Shown here: piece after piece, positions 13,866 to 25,157 of the stretch | Numbering within the stretch: position 1 is the first letter of the stretch | How the letters are laid out: every line of letters starts with the position of its first letter | Origin: Welwitschia mirabilis | Lineage: Eukaryota | DNA length: 36,224 nt | Assembly (NCBI GenBank): GCA_051453625.1 | Contig: JBOZIK010000001.1 | Location: 3,755,225 to 3,791,448 of the forward strand | Reading direction: 5' to 3' | The notes under the pieces: model-generated | Told to the model about the DNA's origin: nothing | The model's database searches: none | The model's input: the letters and a program-made list of their open reading frames with translations, nothing else | Translations under genes and position numbers: made by a program

Positions 13866-14040
13866 ACATGTCTAAGAAACAAAAGAATAAAGTCTTCACC
13901 AAGCCTTACAAACACTTTTAAAAATATGTATACCTTGAATGCTAATACTATATGGATGTCCAAGAAACAAAACAATGAAACCTTTATCAAGCCTTCCAAA
14001 TACATTTAAAAATATGTGTATCTTGAATGATAATTTTAAA
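13866..14040. repeat. Diverged tandem duplication, 2 x ~88 bp
   Basis: 'atgtctaagaaacaaaagaataaagtcttcaccaagccttacaaacac...' (13868) vs 'atgtccaagaaacaaaacaatgaaacctttatcaagccttccaaatac...' (13956). Confidence 0.85.
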
Positions 14041-14822
14041 TGAAGTAAAAAACAAATTCATTAGATAAATATTCTTCCATATTTGATAGTTCTTACAGAA
14101 TGAATTCTTAAGCTTGAGAAATAATAATGTAGAAACTAGCAAAGTAGAAATGAAGCTTTAAATAACCCCATTTAGTCAGTATACTAACTTTTGAGATTAT
14201 AAATTAATGAAATGTAAATCACCTTTTTATTTAGATAAGGAAATAATATCTCAAATAACTCTATAAAAACCTTTTTTACCTTATTCATAAGATCACTTAA
14301 GGTTTTGCAGCAATTTTTTGAATTTAAAATAAGTAAACTTTAAAAGAGCCCAATAAAAAAGATAATAAAATGGATAGATGAAATGATAGATTTGCAAACT
14401 AAACATTGACCTATAAGAAAAAGACATTTTTTCCCTCCATTTTTTCCTTTCCTTTAAATTCTTTATGATGTCTAATCAATAGTTTGTGACAATAACTTTT
14501 GAAAGAGAAAGGGCTATATTCTCTATAATATTATCTAGGACTGGTGTAAAAGATATTAATAATTACTACTTATTACATAAAGTGAACGTCTTTTTAATTA
14601 ATTTCACTTTCTAAGAACTGAAACATTATTAAATATGAGTGAAAAGCTAAGTAATAAAGTATTGATTATTTTCCACTATGAAAAAGAAATCACTAGAAAA
14701 ATGCAAATTTAATAATTATGACATCATGTCTTCCACTAAAATTCCCCTTACCAAGCCTTATTAGATATCATGTTGAAGAGATCAATGAAGAAAATCGGTA
14801 GCAATGATAAAAAGATAAGAAA

Positions 14823-14841
14823 CCAAAGAACAATCTTGTTT
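14823..14841. repeat. Target-site duplication, left copy (partner 20233-20251)
   Basis: 17/19 identical, or 15/16 for the inner 16 bp. The right copy continues ...gttt|aac, resembling the 5'-TTTT/AA-3' L1 endonuclease preference. Confidence 0.85.
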
Positions 14842-14974
14842 TTCCTTTTTTTTTTTTTTGAATCATTGAGATATCTCCATTCATGTTACTTACATGAGAT
14901 GATTACATCATAAGATATTGTCTTGGGGTTATTCATCTGATCTCCCAATCACTATACAAAAGACGGGGTCACCC

Positions 14975-17900
14975 TTATAGAAGTCTACATTTCTTAAAGA
15001 ATCTTAAATCTATATTCATCAAGTTCTCTTTCTGAAGCTCCTTTAGTTAGATGTGAATCTCAAACTGTATTTGCTTGTAGTGTTCAGTCACTTCTAATCT
15101 TTTACTTTGGAATATTCTGATGTTGAATTCATTCTAGACATGGTAAATGATGGCTGTAATGGAGGCACTAAGAATTTTATGTTTCATTCCACTTTGTCTA
15201 CAACCATATGTGAGCATCCTTGTCGATGATTTTAATGAGTTTGAAATAGTATTATGCCCAATTCATGTCATTACTTTCTACAGAAGATCATTTGCCCATG
15301 GACATTGAAAGTAGAGGTTAGAAATGAATTCCAGATTGTCATTACATAGCACATAGTTCTAGTCCATTATTTAGAAGTCCATTTGAATCATCCTTTCTCT
15401 TGTAAAGAGCTTACCTTTTACTATAATCTAGAGGTGGAATAAGTGCCTATGGACATTTACTCTTTCCCATACAAATTTGGCTAGTGGAAACTTTAAGTCT
15501 GTCTTTGTTAGCTCCTTATAACAGATTTGTATTGGGAATTTTCTTTGCTAGTTCTGAAATTCAGGCTTAGTGTGAAAGATTTGATGTACTTTCTCTCTCA
15601 ATTTTAGAATTTTCTAGTACATCCATATATCTATTTCTTTTAAATACACTCCATGGATCCATTTAACCCAAAGTAAATCTTTTTTCTTATGGATAAGCCA
15701 CAGGTACTTTATGCTTGCTGCTTTGTTTCAATGCTCCATGCTTTTGATGTTAAGGCCTCCTTTTGACTTTGGAGAGCAAGCTACATTCCAACTCATATGA
15801 ACTTTTTTTGAAGTATTGTTTTAGCTCCATAGGAAGGATTGGCAAATTGATGTAATTCTCTTGATAACTTCTTTAAGAAATAAAAAGATTTGAGCCTAGT
15901 AAACTTGCATCAAGAACAGAACTAAATTCACTAGTTAGCATCTTCCTGCATAGGATAAGTGTCTAATGGACCATGAATTTATTCTACTTATTATTCTATC
16001 AATGATGGATGAACAATCATCTTTTATTCATCTTGTGGAGGAGAGTGTCATACCTAGATATTTCATTGGGAAGTGCCCCTAGTTAAAGCCTGTTATGGAG
16101 TATATCTCCTTTCAAATATCCTCACTAACACCACTGATATAAGCTGTGAACTTCTGAGTGTTTGCTTGTAGTCCTGAGCTATTTAAGAATTCCTTGAAGG
16201 CCTTCATAAGAATTTGCACTAAGGGAGTGTTGGCTTTAAAAAATAGGAGGAGGCCATCTACAAAGCATAAGCAAATTAATTGTGCATTCTTAAACATAGT
16301 GTAAAACCTGAAGTCAGAGATTTTGGTCATCATTTTCAAAATTCTAAATAGGTACTCCATGCCAATGACAAAGAGGAGGGGATAGATTGGGTCACCTTGT
16401 CTAAGTCCTTTTTTACCTTTGAAAAACCCATGTATACCACCATTAAAAGATAAGTGAAATGTTGGGGATGAGATACTTACCATAACTAAATTTCTAAGGT
16501 AAGCATGCTTTCTATAAACTTCCACTCAATGGTATCGTAGGTCTTTCGAAGGTCAATTTTGAAGATGTAGCGTGGAGAAACATTTTTCCTCTTATAGCGT
16601 CTTAGCAAGTCTTATCATATAAGTATATTATGTGTGATGGATGTCCCTTGTACAAACAGTCCCTGGCTCTCATTGATTATAGTAGGAAGGATGAGCTTCA
16701 TTCGATTGATAAGAATTTTAGTGATGGCCTTATACACTGTAACACCCCAACTTTAATTACCCTAATTAATCATAATATTGTTTTTAATAGTTATTAACTA
16801 TCATGCATAATGGAACCTAGGATCAAATCCTATTTAGACTCTATTAACACATTATAAGATTTAAAATNNNNNNNNNNNNNNNNNNNNNNNNNNNNNNNNN
16901 NNNNNNNNNNNNNNNNNNNNNNNNNNNNNNNNNNNNNNNNNNNNNNNNNNNNNNNNNNNNNNNNNNNNNNNNNNNNNNNNNNNNNNNNNNNNNNNNNNNN
17001 NNNNNNNNNNNNNNNNNNNNNNNNNNNNNNNNNNNNNNNNNNNNNNNNNNNNNNNNNNNNNNNNNNNNNNNNNNNNNNNNNNNNNNNNNNNNNNNNNNNN
17101 NNNNNNNNNNNNNNNNNNNNNNNNNNNNNNNNNNNNNNNNNNNNNNNNNNNNNNNNNNNNNNNNNNNNNNNNNNNNNNNNNNNNNNNNNNNNNNNNNNNN
17201 NNNNNNNNNNNNNNNNNNNNNNNNNNNNNNNNNNNNNNNNNNNNNNNNNNNNNNNNNNNNNNNNNNNNNNNNNNNNNNNNNNNNNNNNNNNNNNNNNNNN
17301 NNNGAAAGCTTTAATGGCTTTGCAAATGTTATTTCCTATTATATCCCATGCCTTTTTGTAAAAACCACTCCCATAACCATCTGGTCCTAGGATTTTGTTT
17401 TCATTTATAGAAAAGAAGACATTTTTTATTTCCTTATTATCAATGGGATTATTAATCTCAATTTTCTACTTAATATTAAGTGAGGGCCCTACTTTAAAAA
17501 TATCATGGTTAATTGGAGTTATTGTCTATGCTCTGTCAATTAGATTTGTGAAATATGTTACCAAGTAATTTGTAATCTCATCTGGGCTTATTAGCAGGTT
17601 ACCATTGCTATTTTTGATGCTAAGAATACTATTATTATGTCTCCTCATTTTAATTTCTACATGAAAATCGTAGTAGCTCTGATCCCCAAGTTGGAGCCAA
17701 GTAATTTTTTATTTTTGCTTGAGATAAGACTCATAATCATGGGATACTGCAGCATATTCTTTAATTCATCTTTGTTCCTCTTCCTCCAAGTTCTGATTTG
17801 CTGGCTAGTTATGGAGTTTCCTTTGTATGAATAGAAATGATTCTCTGGTCTTCTTGTACTTTGCTTTAATATCACCATATTAATAGTTGTAGAGCATTTT

Positions 17901-18763
17901 AAGATTGTATCTAAGTTTGGTTATATTTTCCTTAATACCTTCTCATTCTCTGTCGTCTCTTGGTTTGAGCCATGATTATTTCACTAGACTACAAAACTAT
18001 TTTACATTACCCCAGAAATTTAGATATTTAAAGGATCTATTCCTTCTGTTTCTTGTTAGATTGGTTTTGATCATAATCGATGTGTGATTAGACACTCCTT
18101 CTGGTAAAAGAAATGATACAACATCTAGATGTTTATTTATTCAAGTCTCATTACATAAAATATGATCTATTTTTGAGAAGATTCTCTTACCTCCTAGTTG
18201 CTTATTGATTCATGTATATGGAATGCCACAGTTCTTCAATTTAATCAAGTTACAGTTGGCTATGCATTCCTCGAAGTCCTTCATTTCACTATGGGTAACT
18301 AGGATACCACCTTATCTTCCATCTTTATGTAAGGCATAATTGAAGTCTCCAAATAGGATTTAAGGGCTATCAATGCTCAGACTCACCTCTTTTATGTCTC
18401 TCCATAAGGATTGCCTTTTGTTTTAGTAGTTTTGAGCATAGATTATTGTCAAGAAATAGTTCTGATTTGAACTAGTAAGTTGTGCACTTACATGAATTAT
18501 TCTGTGCTTTTGAGGATTTGAATTTGCATTTTGTTAGTTTTCCAAAGAATCCATATTCTACCTTTTCCATAGCTATTATGAACAATATAGAAGCCCCAGT
18601 CCTACCAATAGAGTTTGTGGATTTCCCGAGCCTTTTCTGTGCTAAGTTTTACCTCACCTATACCAAAAAAAGTTTAAAGAGTATTGAGAACAAAAAATTG
18701 AGGTCTCCCTCTATTATGAGGACTATTTAGCCCTCTTATATTCCAATATCCTATGTTATCCAT
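14975..18763 (-). pseudogene. LINE ORF2 (AP endonuclease, reverse transcriptase, zf-RVT), disrupted
   Basis: Motifs in order: MDNIGYWNIRGLNSP (18763), P*ILFGDFN, YT*INKQ...RIFSKIDHILCN, LPEGVSNH, KILGPDGYGSGFYKKAW (17345-17395), VYKAITKILINRMK, GLRQGDPIYPLLFVIGMEYL and CFVDG (ORF 16112-16525; FADD position), KYLG, LSYAGR, PKSKGGL, and the zf-RVT Cys pattern (~15300-15450). No RNase H seen. Confidence 0.92.
16738..16867. mobile_element. LTR terminus (chromovirus/Tekay-like) inserted in the LINE RT, running into a gap
   Basis: LINE coding similarity stops abruptly at 'TGTAACACCCC', a typical Tekay/Del LTR end. Non-coding AT-rich sequence follows, then Ns (16868-17303). The RT resumes after the gap. 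Confidence 0.7.
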
Positions 18764-20063
18764 GCCTCATGGTGGGGGTGATATTATCTAGGAAAGCAAG
18801 TCCACTCTTGCTTTTGACTTGTCTTTTTTTTTTCTTTTCTTCATGCATAGTCCATGGGCCATGGTCATCCTCTTGCAGTTCTGAACCTAGAGGTTGTGAT
18901 GTATCTAGTGTTTTCTCTACATTAATCTTTTGAAATTCTTACCCTTACTTGTTTTTGTTGCATTTTTAGAATCTAAACTCTTCATCTACGCTCCATGCAT
19001 TAGTATGCTTGTTTCTTATTATGTAGTTGTTGAATTTTTTGCTTATTTAGTGAGTTTCTCGATAGGTTTCCAAACTTTCTTGGGAATTTTATGTTTACAT
19101 TTTTCCATGGAATGACCATAACCATTATAGAACTTACATTTGATAGGGTTCCATTCATATTAGACTCCTTGAACAACTAACTCTCCTAACTCATTTTTTA
19201 ACATGATTTCATTTGACATTTCGTCATTTATTTTATTTTGATAAGAATTCTAGCATTGTTTATTCTTTCTTTTTTGGTTGTAAGTTGATCTGCCATCATT
19301 AGTCTTCCTATCATGCTTTCAAGTGAGCTAAGATTATATTCTTCCTAATATTTTAGATATAGGTTTGGAAATCTGATCTAGAAAAGAACTTAAATAGCTT
19401 TCTTTGGGGCATTCTACATTTCCATGCTTTAATTCTTAATTATGATTGGTTTGGAATCAAAGTGATAATAGCCTCTCTGAATTACACTATTTTTCCCTTC
19501 ATTGGTAGTGAGTCTAACTATATGCATACCGTTCCTCATCATAGATTTTCTAAATATTGTATTTTCCCCAAATCCTATGTAAAAAACCTTGCATAACAGC
19601 TTGAGATGGGTTTGCACCCAAAACAAAACATACCAAAGAATATTTTTCAATACTTTATTTCATTTTAAACCTCTGTTTTTTCTATCTTTTCTATTTTGAC
19701 ATTTTATTTTCCTATTGGTTCTATATACTAAAGTTTCATACCATGGTTTGCTAATTTACTTGCATCAAATTCACTTCAAATATTAGAGTTTGATTGCTAG
19801 GGAGGGGATGGTACCTGATTTGATTGTGGTGGAGATAAATTCTGATGTGGTTAGGGTTCAGCTAGGTTGGATGTCTCTGTATTTCTAACTTCCTCTTACC
19901 CTCTCTTTTTTGAAAACCTTGATTTATCTTTGTTTGCTTTGTGGTCTAGTACAAGCCATTGTGGGATTGTGTGTGATGCCCTAGTTATTTGCTTTAGCAA
20001 TCCTTATTCTATGGTGTCCCTATCGCTAGTGCTTCGCTTTGTTCCGTTTTTATCCTTGGACAT
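18756..20063 (-). pseudogene. LINE ORF1 (DUF4283-like region plus zinc knuckle), disrupted
   Basis: Putative start MSKDKNG at 20063. GYYHFDSKPIIIK (ORF 19429-19650) and YEWNPIKCKFYNGYGHSMEKC (19093-19160; CX2CX4HX4C with one Cys>Tyr). Confidence 0.8.
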
Positions 20064-20251
20064 GACTATGGTATGCGTTAGCAAATATGCTAATGGGAAC
20101 TGAGGGAAAAAGGCTCAAATTCAATCCTAGCATTTTTGGATTTCCTCTTCTTCCCAGCCAAGATCGAGGAGAATAGATGCTGTAGTTTCAGATACTCTCT
20201 GCTCACTGACTTAGGGTGCACGGGTGAAAATTCCCAAGAACATTCTTGTTT

Positions 20252-21240
20252 AACAAAGTAGTGAATGGAAAAGAAATAATTAAGATCATAAGAATTAGCT
20301 ATACAAGCATTTGCATTAGCAAAGAAACATCACACCATATTAAGAAATCGAGATCCAAAACCTAAATTTTTGATACAAGCTAGAGTAAAATCCCATTTAA
20401 TTTTTTGATGTACTTTGATATGATTAACCTTAATAAAAGTGACATCCTTATTCAAATTAATTTTTTACTAATTTTCTCCTTAAGATGTTACAACATTTGA
20501 AATAATATATCTATTAAGAATAAAAACTATTTAATTATTTTATGATAATATTTGGAATAATTTATTTAAGATAACAAGCCAATCATTTTGTCCAATTTTA
20601 TAAGAAACATTTACCAAAGTAATAGATCAACAATTACCAATTATAAGAGGATTCTTAGATTTAGACAAAATATGAGTAACTTATTTGTTAATATAATGCA
20701 TAAGTAAAACTTGAAGTATGGCCTCTCTTACAACATTAAGATAATCACAGCCTAATAAATCCTAGTTCTCTTTAGAAAATTATATGGGAAAATCATCAAA
20801 ACTAAGTGATTTATCATTAGCCATCTCAAAAAAACTATCTAAGCTCTTTAATAGGAATTTTTTCATTCTATATTTGACACATTTCTATAGTAAGAACTAT
20901 AGAAAGAAATGAAGAGACATCTCAAAACTCATCAATATTTATTTTAATTTCTTCAAATATTATTTTAAAATGCTTCTTTAAAAGATAAAGGGTGTCATTA
21001 TGATTATGAAAAATTTCATCATATTAAGTAGTAATTTTAATTTTATTATTAGATAAATTTAAAAGTTTTGAATTTTTCATCTTGGATCTATAACCACCAA
21101 AGTCTATCAGTACTTGCTACCTAAAAAACTCTTTTTTTAAAAGCTAAATGAGCTTCATCAAGCATACAATAAAGAGCTGAATTAAAATGATTATGAACAA
21201 GCTTATTATTTAAATCTAAAACTTTTTAGGTAATAGAATT
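20252..21240 (-). mobile_element. Old LINE, 5' part of RT (continuation of 12745-14841)
   Basis: MANDKSLSFDDFP (cf. KSPGPDGFP, ~20785-20825), GNC*SITLVNVSYKI (cf. NWRPITLLNVSYKI), FILNRYIISNV, FIKVNHIKVHQKIKWDF...LGFGSRFLNMV (cf. KLDFEKAYDRIEWDF...LGFG), then FSIHYFVKQEC running into the TSD. Confidence 0.8.
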
Positions 21241-21244
21241 AAAG

Positions 21245-22105
21245 GAGCATTTTCAATGATAGAGTCCTCTCATTAAGTACAATAGATTTCAGCTTACATA
21301 GATCTAGTCAATCATTTAAGTGACCCTTCCATCTTCATTCTTTATACCTTTTACACTTATAAAGTATTCTTAACCTCTAACCTAATGAGATAACCATCTA
21401 AAATATCTTGAACATAGGCTAATAGCTATAAATAACTAGTTTTAATCATTTAATGGCTAATTTTATTTTATCTCAATTTTTAAAATAGACATCTTCATTA
21501 TGATAGATGTCTGTTATAGGTAGACATCTATAATATTAAAAACACCTTTGGCTAACTTACCAATATTCTAATGAGCTTTAACTTATTATGTCTCTAATCC
21601 TTAGGTATTAAGAATTCATTATGTAAAACTTATATAAATCCTTAAAAAATAATTGATTCATATTTATTATCCTACTATCATAAACTAGCTTTTATTACTT
21701 ATTTTAGTTTAGCATAAACATGTTCATAATAGTGAATGTATTTCATTATTTCATTCTGTATAGACATCTTTATCAAGATATATGTCTTTCTTTTATTTGA
21801 GCTTTAGGTTTAGTTTAGATGTCTTTATTTCTATAGATGTATTTATCATAGAAATCATTAATCCTATAGATGTTTTTAGGTAATTTATCTAACCTTTATA
21901 AATTCCAAACTAAATCTTCTGTGATCTCAAGCTTTGTGTGCATAACCTGTTAACTACCTTAGTCCTTGAATTTTGCTAGATACTAATTCTTTTTTATAAT
22001 CTAAGTGCATTTAAAATCTTTTATAGATATCTTTAATACCCTATCTACACATTAATCACATCATATTTAATAAGTAGAATCATCAAAACTAGGATTTTGT
22101 CAATT
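21245..22105 (-). repeat. Sirevirus-like 3' LTR, copy B (truncated)
   Basis: Colinear with 10665-11520. The LTR start is directly preceded on the minus strand by the PPT AAAAGGAGGAGAT (22106-22118). Confidence 0.85.
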
Positions 22106-22118
22106 ATCTCCTCCTTTT
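22106..22118 (-). other. Polypurine tract (Sirevirus-type AAAAAGGGGGAGA); possible second copy ~22561-22575
   Basis: 'atctcctcctttt' abuts the LTR, and 'ttctatctctttttg' lies ~450 bp further inside. Multiple PPTs are a known Sirevirus trait. Confidence 0.7.
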
Positions 22119-22599
22119 AGATGATGTTCAAAACTTAGTAAATTATATTAATTCAAGCATTTACAATTTCACTTAATATAGCACAACAATAGAGACAAAT
22201 CATAACTAAATTATAAACTAGCACAAAAGATTAGTAATATCTAATCAGTGCATGAGTGCATTAAAAATTGCAATAAGCAGTAACATGGAAAACACCTTTA
22301 ACGCACACACAAGATAATATAACTAATGTCAGTGCTAATAATAGATTATCATTCATCAAAAAAGTAGAACAAATAAATCAAAGTAAATTTTAAAAATATG
22401 ACAAGGTAATAAAAAAAGAAAGAGAATAAAAACATCAAGTCATTTATGCCAAAGCTTATGAGTAAGCATCAACCATAATAACACTGATAAAAAATTCCAA
22501 CCAATCATTTTAAATTCACATATCCAAACTGATATAAGTTGTCTAGACTAATTTGCAATCTTCTATCTCTTTTTGAATAATGAAAGAATGTATAATAAA

Positions 22600-24300
22600 A
22601 TAAGAGTGGAGTCTCTAGTGTAGTGAGCTCCATCCCTTATATCATTACTATTACCCTTACTATCATGTGTAGTAGAAGTCTAGATGGTATATGATAAGGA
22701 TGATTTAGGTAGTGGTATATGCCTTTTCTATGATGGTCATTATGATGACTTGTCATAATCATGAAAGGCTTATCACCTCATATAAAAATTTTTCTAAGGG
22801 TAATGGAAGTACCAAATAAACTAATTATGATGATCTCAGCACAATCAAATATAGATGTTGGAATAGTGTTAAGTGATAGTTCATGAATGGGAAGCGTTAA
22901 TGATGGTGGTAAAGGTGACAAGGTAATAAAGGTATGTGAGGTGGTAAAGGTATACATAGTGCTGAAGGTGGCTATGTAGGATGGTAAATGGAAAGATTAT
23001 AATAAGGCCTATGAAAGGTAAGGAGCTCATCATCTGAGTCATTTGAATCCATCTAATGCTCCCCTTGAACCTATGACAAAGGCTAGTGCTCTTCTTAAAT
23101 ATATGACCTAGGTTGGTTCTCCTCTTGAATATGTGTTTCCTCCTCCTCTATCTTTGAAGAAACTAACTCATCTAAGTTCTCTAGCCTACTAGAATCATAG
23201 TCTATGGCATGGGAATTAGATTCTCCTCTTCCTCTGATTCCTTCTTTGATTTATCCATGCAGGAGTTCCCATAGATTCCTAGCTACAAATGAATGCTTTT
23301 CCCTCTCTAGTAATGGACTTATGCTTATTTAGCCTTAAAAAATTTCTACTAGTCTTTCTAATCATCTATGCCATTACATGGAGACCCTTCTTTACTAATG
23401 AAAAATTATGTGAATCTATAGATTTTGATCTTTGAAACTATGTTTTAGGAGACCTTTTACTTATGCCTTTTCCTTAATAAAGTGATGCATACTACTTTTC
23501 ATTAAACTCTAAGAGCAACTTTTTTGACTAAATGAGAATAAGCTCAGGGACTATAATTCTAGCACTACTAAAAAGGAGATTGGTCAAAAGGAATGGCCCA
23601 TATATTGTCCCTTGTAAAATAGAGTAATAATATTCATTCATAGTACAAAATTAAGACCTATGTTAGTAAGTAATACACTATAAACCTCTACATGGAATTG
23701 TAGTAGCCATAGCTATCTCCTCACATTAGATGCTAGAAAATGATATCAAGCTTAAAATAGAGGCATCTATCATTATGTCTTTTCATTTAACATTCTCATA
23801 AAATCCCATTTTTCCATTTCCAAAAATAATAGTTCTTAAATTATGATCTGATACATTAACTAATCAGCATGTAAAGATATCTTTAAATGAGTTCATGTAT
23901 AACTAAGAAAGATCTAAATCATTAATACCAAGTAGACTATTAATAAAATTAGGAGTTAGAAATAGAGTGGTACCTCTTAATTACATTTAAAAGCTACTAG
24001 TAGAATCATCTATCTTATGAAATTTGCATAGAATCCTTTCAACATGGGATCTAAAATACTTAGTTCAAGCTAAATTATCATGTCTTATCTAGGATGAGAG
24101 AAGTATGCTAAAAGTTGATCCTTCTTATTATTATAAAAGATAAGAGTTATTTACACAATAATAGAGTTTATAAGCTAAGATTTAAGCTTTTTCTCAACTA
24201 ATTCATGATAGAACCGAGGTTCATACTAAGGTCTCTGTGGTTCTTGAGTAGTTTTCTTTTCTTTGGCAGTTCCATTACTAGGGAGGGGAAAGTAGTTTTC
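22600..24300 (-). pseudogene. Decayed env-like/extra ORF of the Sirevirus-like element
   Basis: DPMLKGFYANF (~24020-24052) and RGTTLFLTPNFINSLLGIND (~23918-23978) resemble the FYAN...VRG...IN.LG pattern of plant LTR-element extra ORFs. A Pro/Ser/Thr-rich tail follows (~22850-23000). Position upstream of the PPTs fits. Boundaries are approximate. Confidence 0.55.
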
Positions 24301-24319
24301 TTTTCTTAAGTTCATACTA

Positions 24320-25157
24320 GATTAATGTGCATTAACAATGTAAGAATCAATAACTAATTTTGTATTGAAGCTTAAAAAGATACATTACATCAATGAAGAT
24401 AGATAAAGTGAGTAAGCTCCTCAAATAGACTTGGAACAAATCTGTCCCTAAAGAAAGTGCTTAGAATTCCATGATGACATAATGCTTCAAGTATTTCCAC
24501 CATTTTTATCAACCAAAAGATCTATTATAATGAGGACTCAAAGCCCTTTTGTAAATGAGGAAAGGCTTAGAGATCTTTATCATGATGTGATTAATGGATG
24601 GTTACATAAGGGGGATTACATTTGGATAGTTATTAAGGAAAACATTATAAATATTTAGCATCTAGCATTAAAGGAGGATTCTTTATCTTCTAATGTAAGA
24701 AAGGTGATGACGTATTCTTTGACTAATGACATAGCTGCCAATGGGTGCTATGTCATGTTTCTTCCATGTAATCATCTTCATTGCTACCACATGTTACTAT
24801 GATATGCTATTTTGTACCTTTTCCATATGTTGTCGAAGTTGAAGGTCTAGTCAAGTTTATCATCCAATTGAGCTTGTAAGTATAATTTGATGGACTTTCC
24901 AAAAAGAATTTAAGATCATAAATTTGAAGTAAATCAATCTTAGAAGAGCGGTGGCACTAGTGAATCTAGACAGTAGCATCCATCTCCTCTAAAAGGCAAT
25001 AATAAACCTATTTAGGTTAGAAAAAGCTCATATTTACATGAATATGATAGAAAGATAAAATACATCATTTTATGATCAAAATAATAAGTTTAATGTCTTT
25101 ATCTATGCAAAATAATCAACTATACTGGCTTGAAATGTTAATTTTTCCATATAAGCA
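24320..25157 (-). repeat. LTR, family Y, copy 2 (truncated)
   Basis: Minus strand 'gtcagggggtg|tgcttatatggaaaaattaacatt' matches the PPT/LTR start at 5332. Similarity continues to ~24320. Confidence 0.7.

Larger units (their letters stand above)
12745..14841 (-). mobile_element. Old, highly decayed LINE, 3' part (end of RT, C-terminal region, probable RNase H, A-rich tail)
   Basis: Minus strand reads KQDCSLVSYLFIIATDFL...GLVRGI...LLNLHFSSD (14690-14841; cf. RQGCPLxPYLF...HLxFADD), then WREKMSFLIGQCLVCKSI, SK*KGDLHFINL*SQ (cf. PKxxGGLG), L*NLWI and CNIDS (~13465-13480). A-rich tail is the T-rich run at 12745-12780. Confidence 0.7.
14842..20232 (-). mobile_element. Near full-length plant L1-type LINE (ORF1+ORF2), pseudogenised
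   Basis: Poly(T) at 14846-14859 is the poly(A) tail. Flanking direct repeats ccaaagaacaatcttgttt (14823-14841) and cccaagaacattcttgttt (20233-20251) match at 17/19. EN, RT, zf-RVT and ORF1 motifs occur in the expected order. Confidence 0.93.

Noticed and set aside
17637..20103. Short + strand ORFs (17637, 17905, 18482, 18930, 19867)
   Set aside because: Antisense shadows of the minus-strand LINE with no independent motifs.
10665..22105. Apparent intact LTR retrotransposon bounded by LTRs A and B
   Set aside because: The PBS and gag lie outside on the left, and the PPT and env-like ORF lie outside on the right. The enclosed sequence is mostly LINE-derived.
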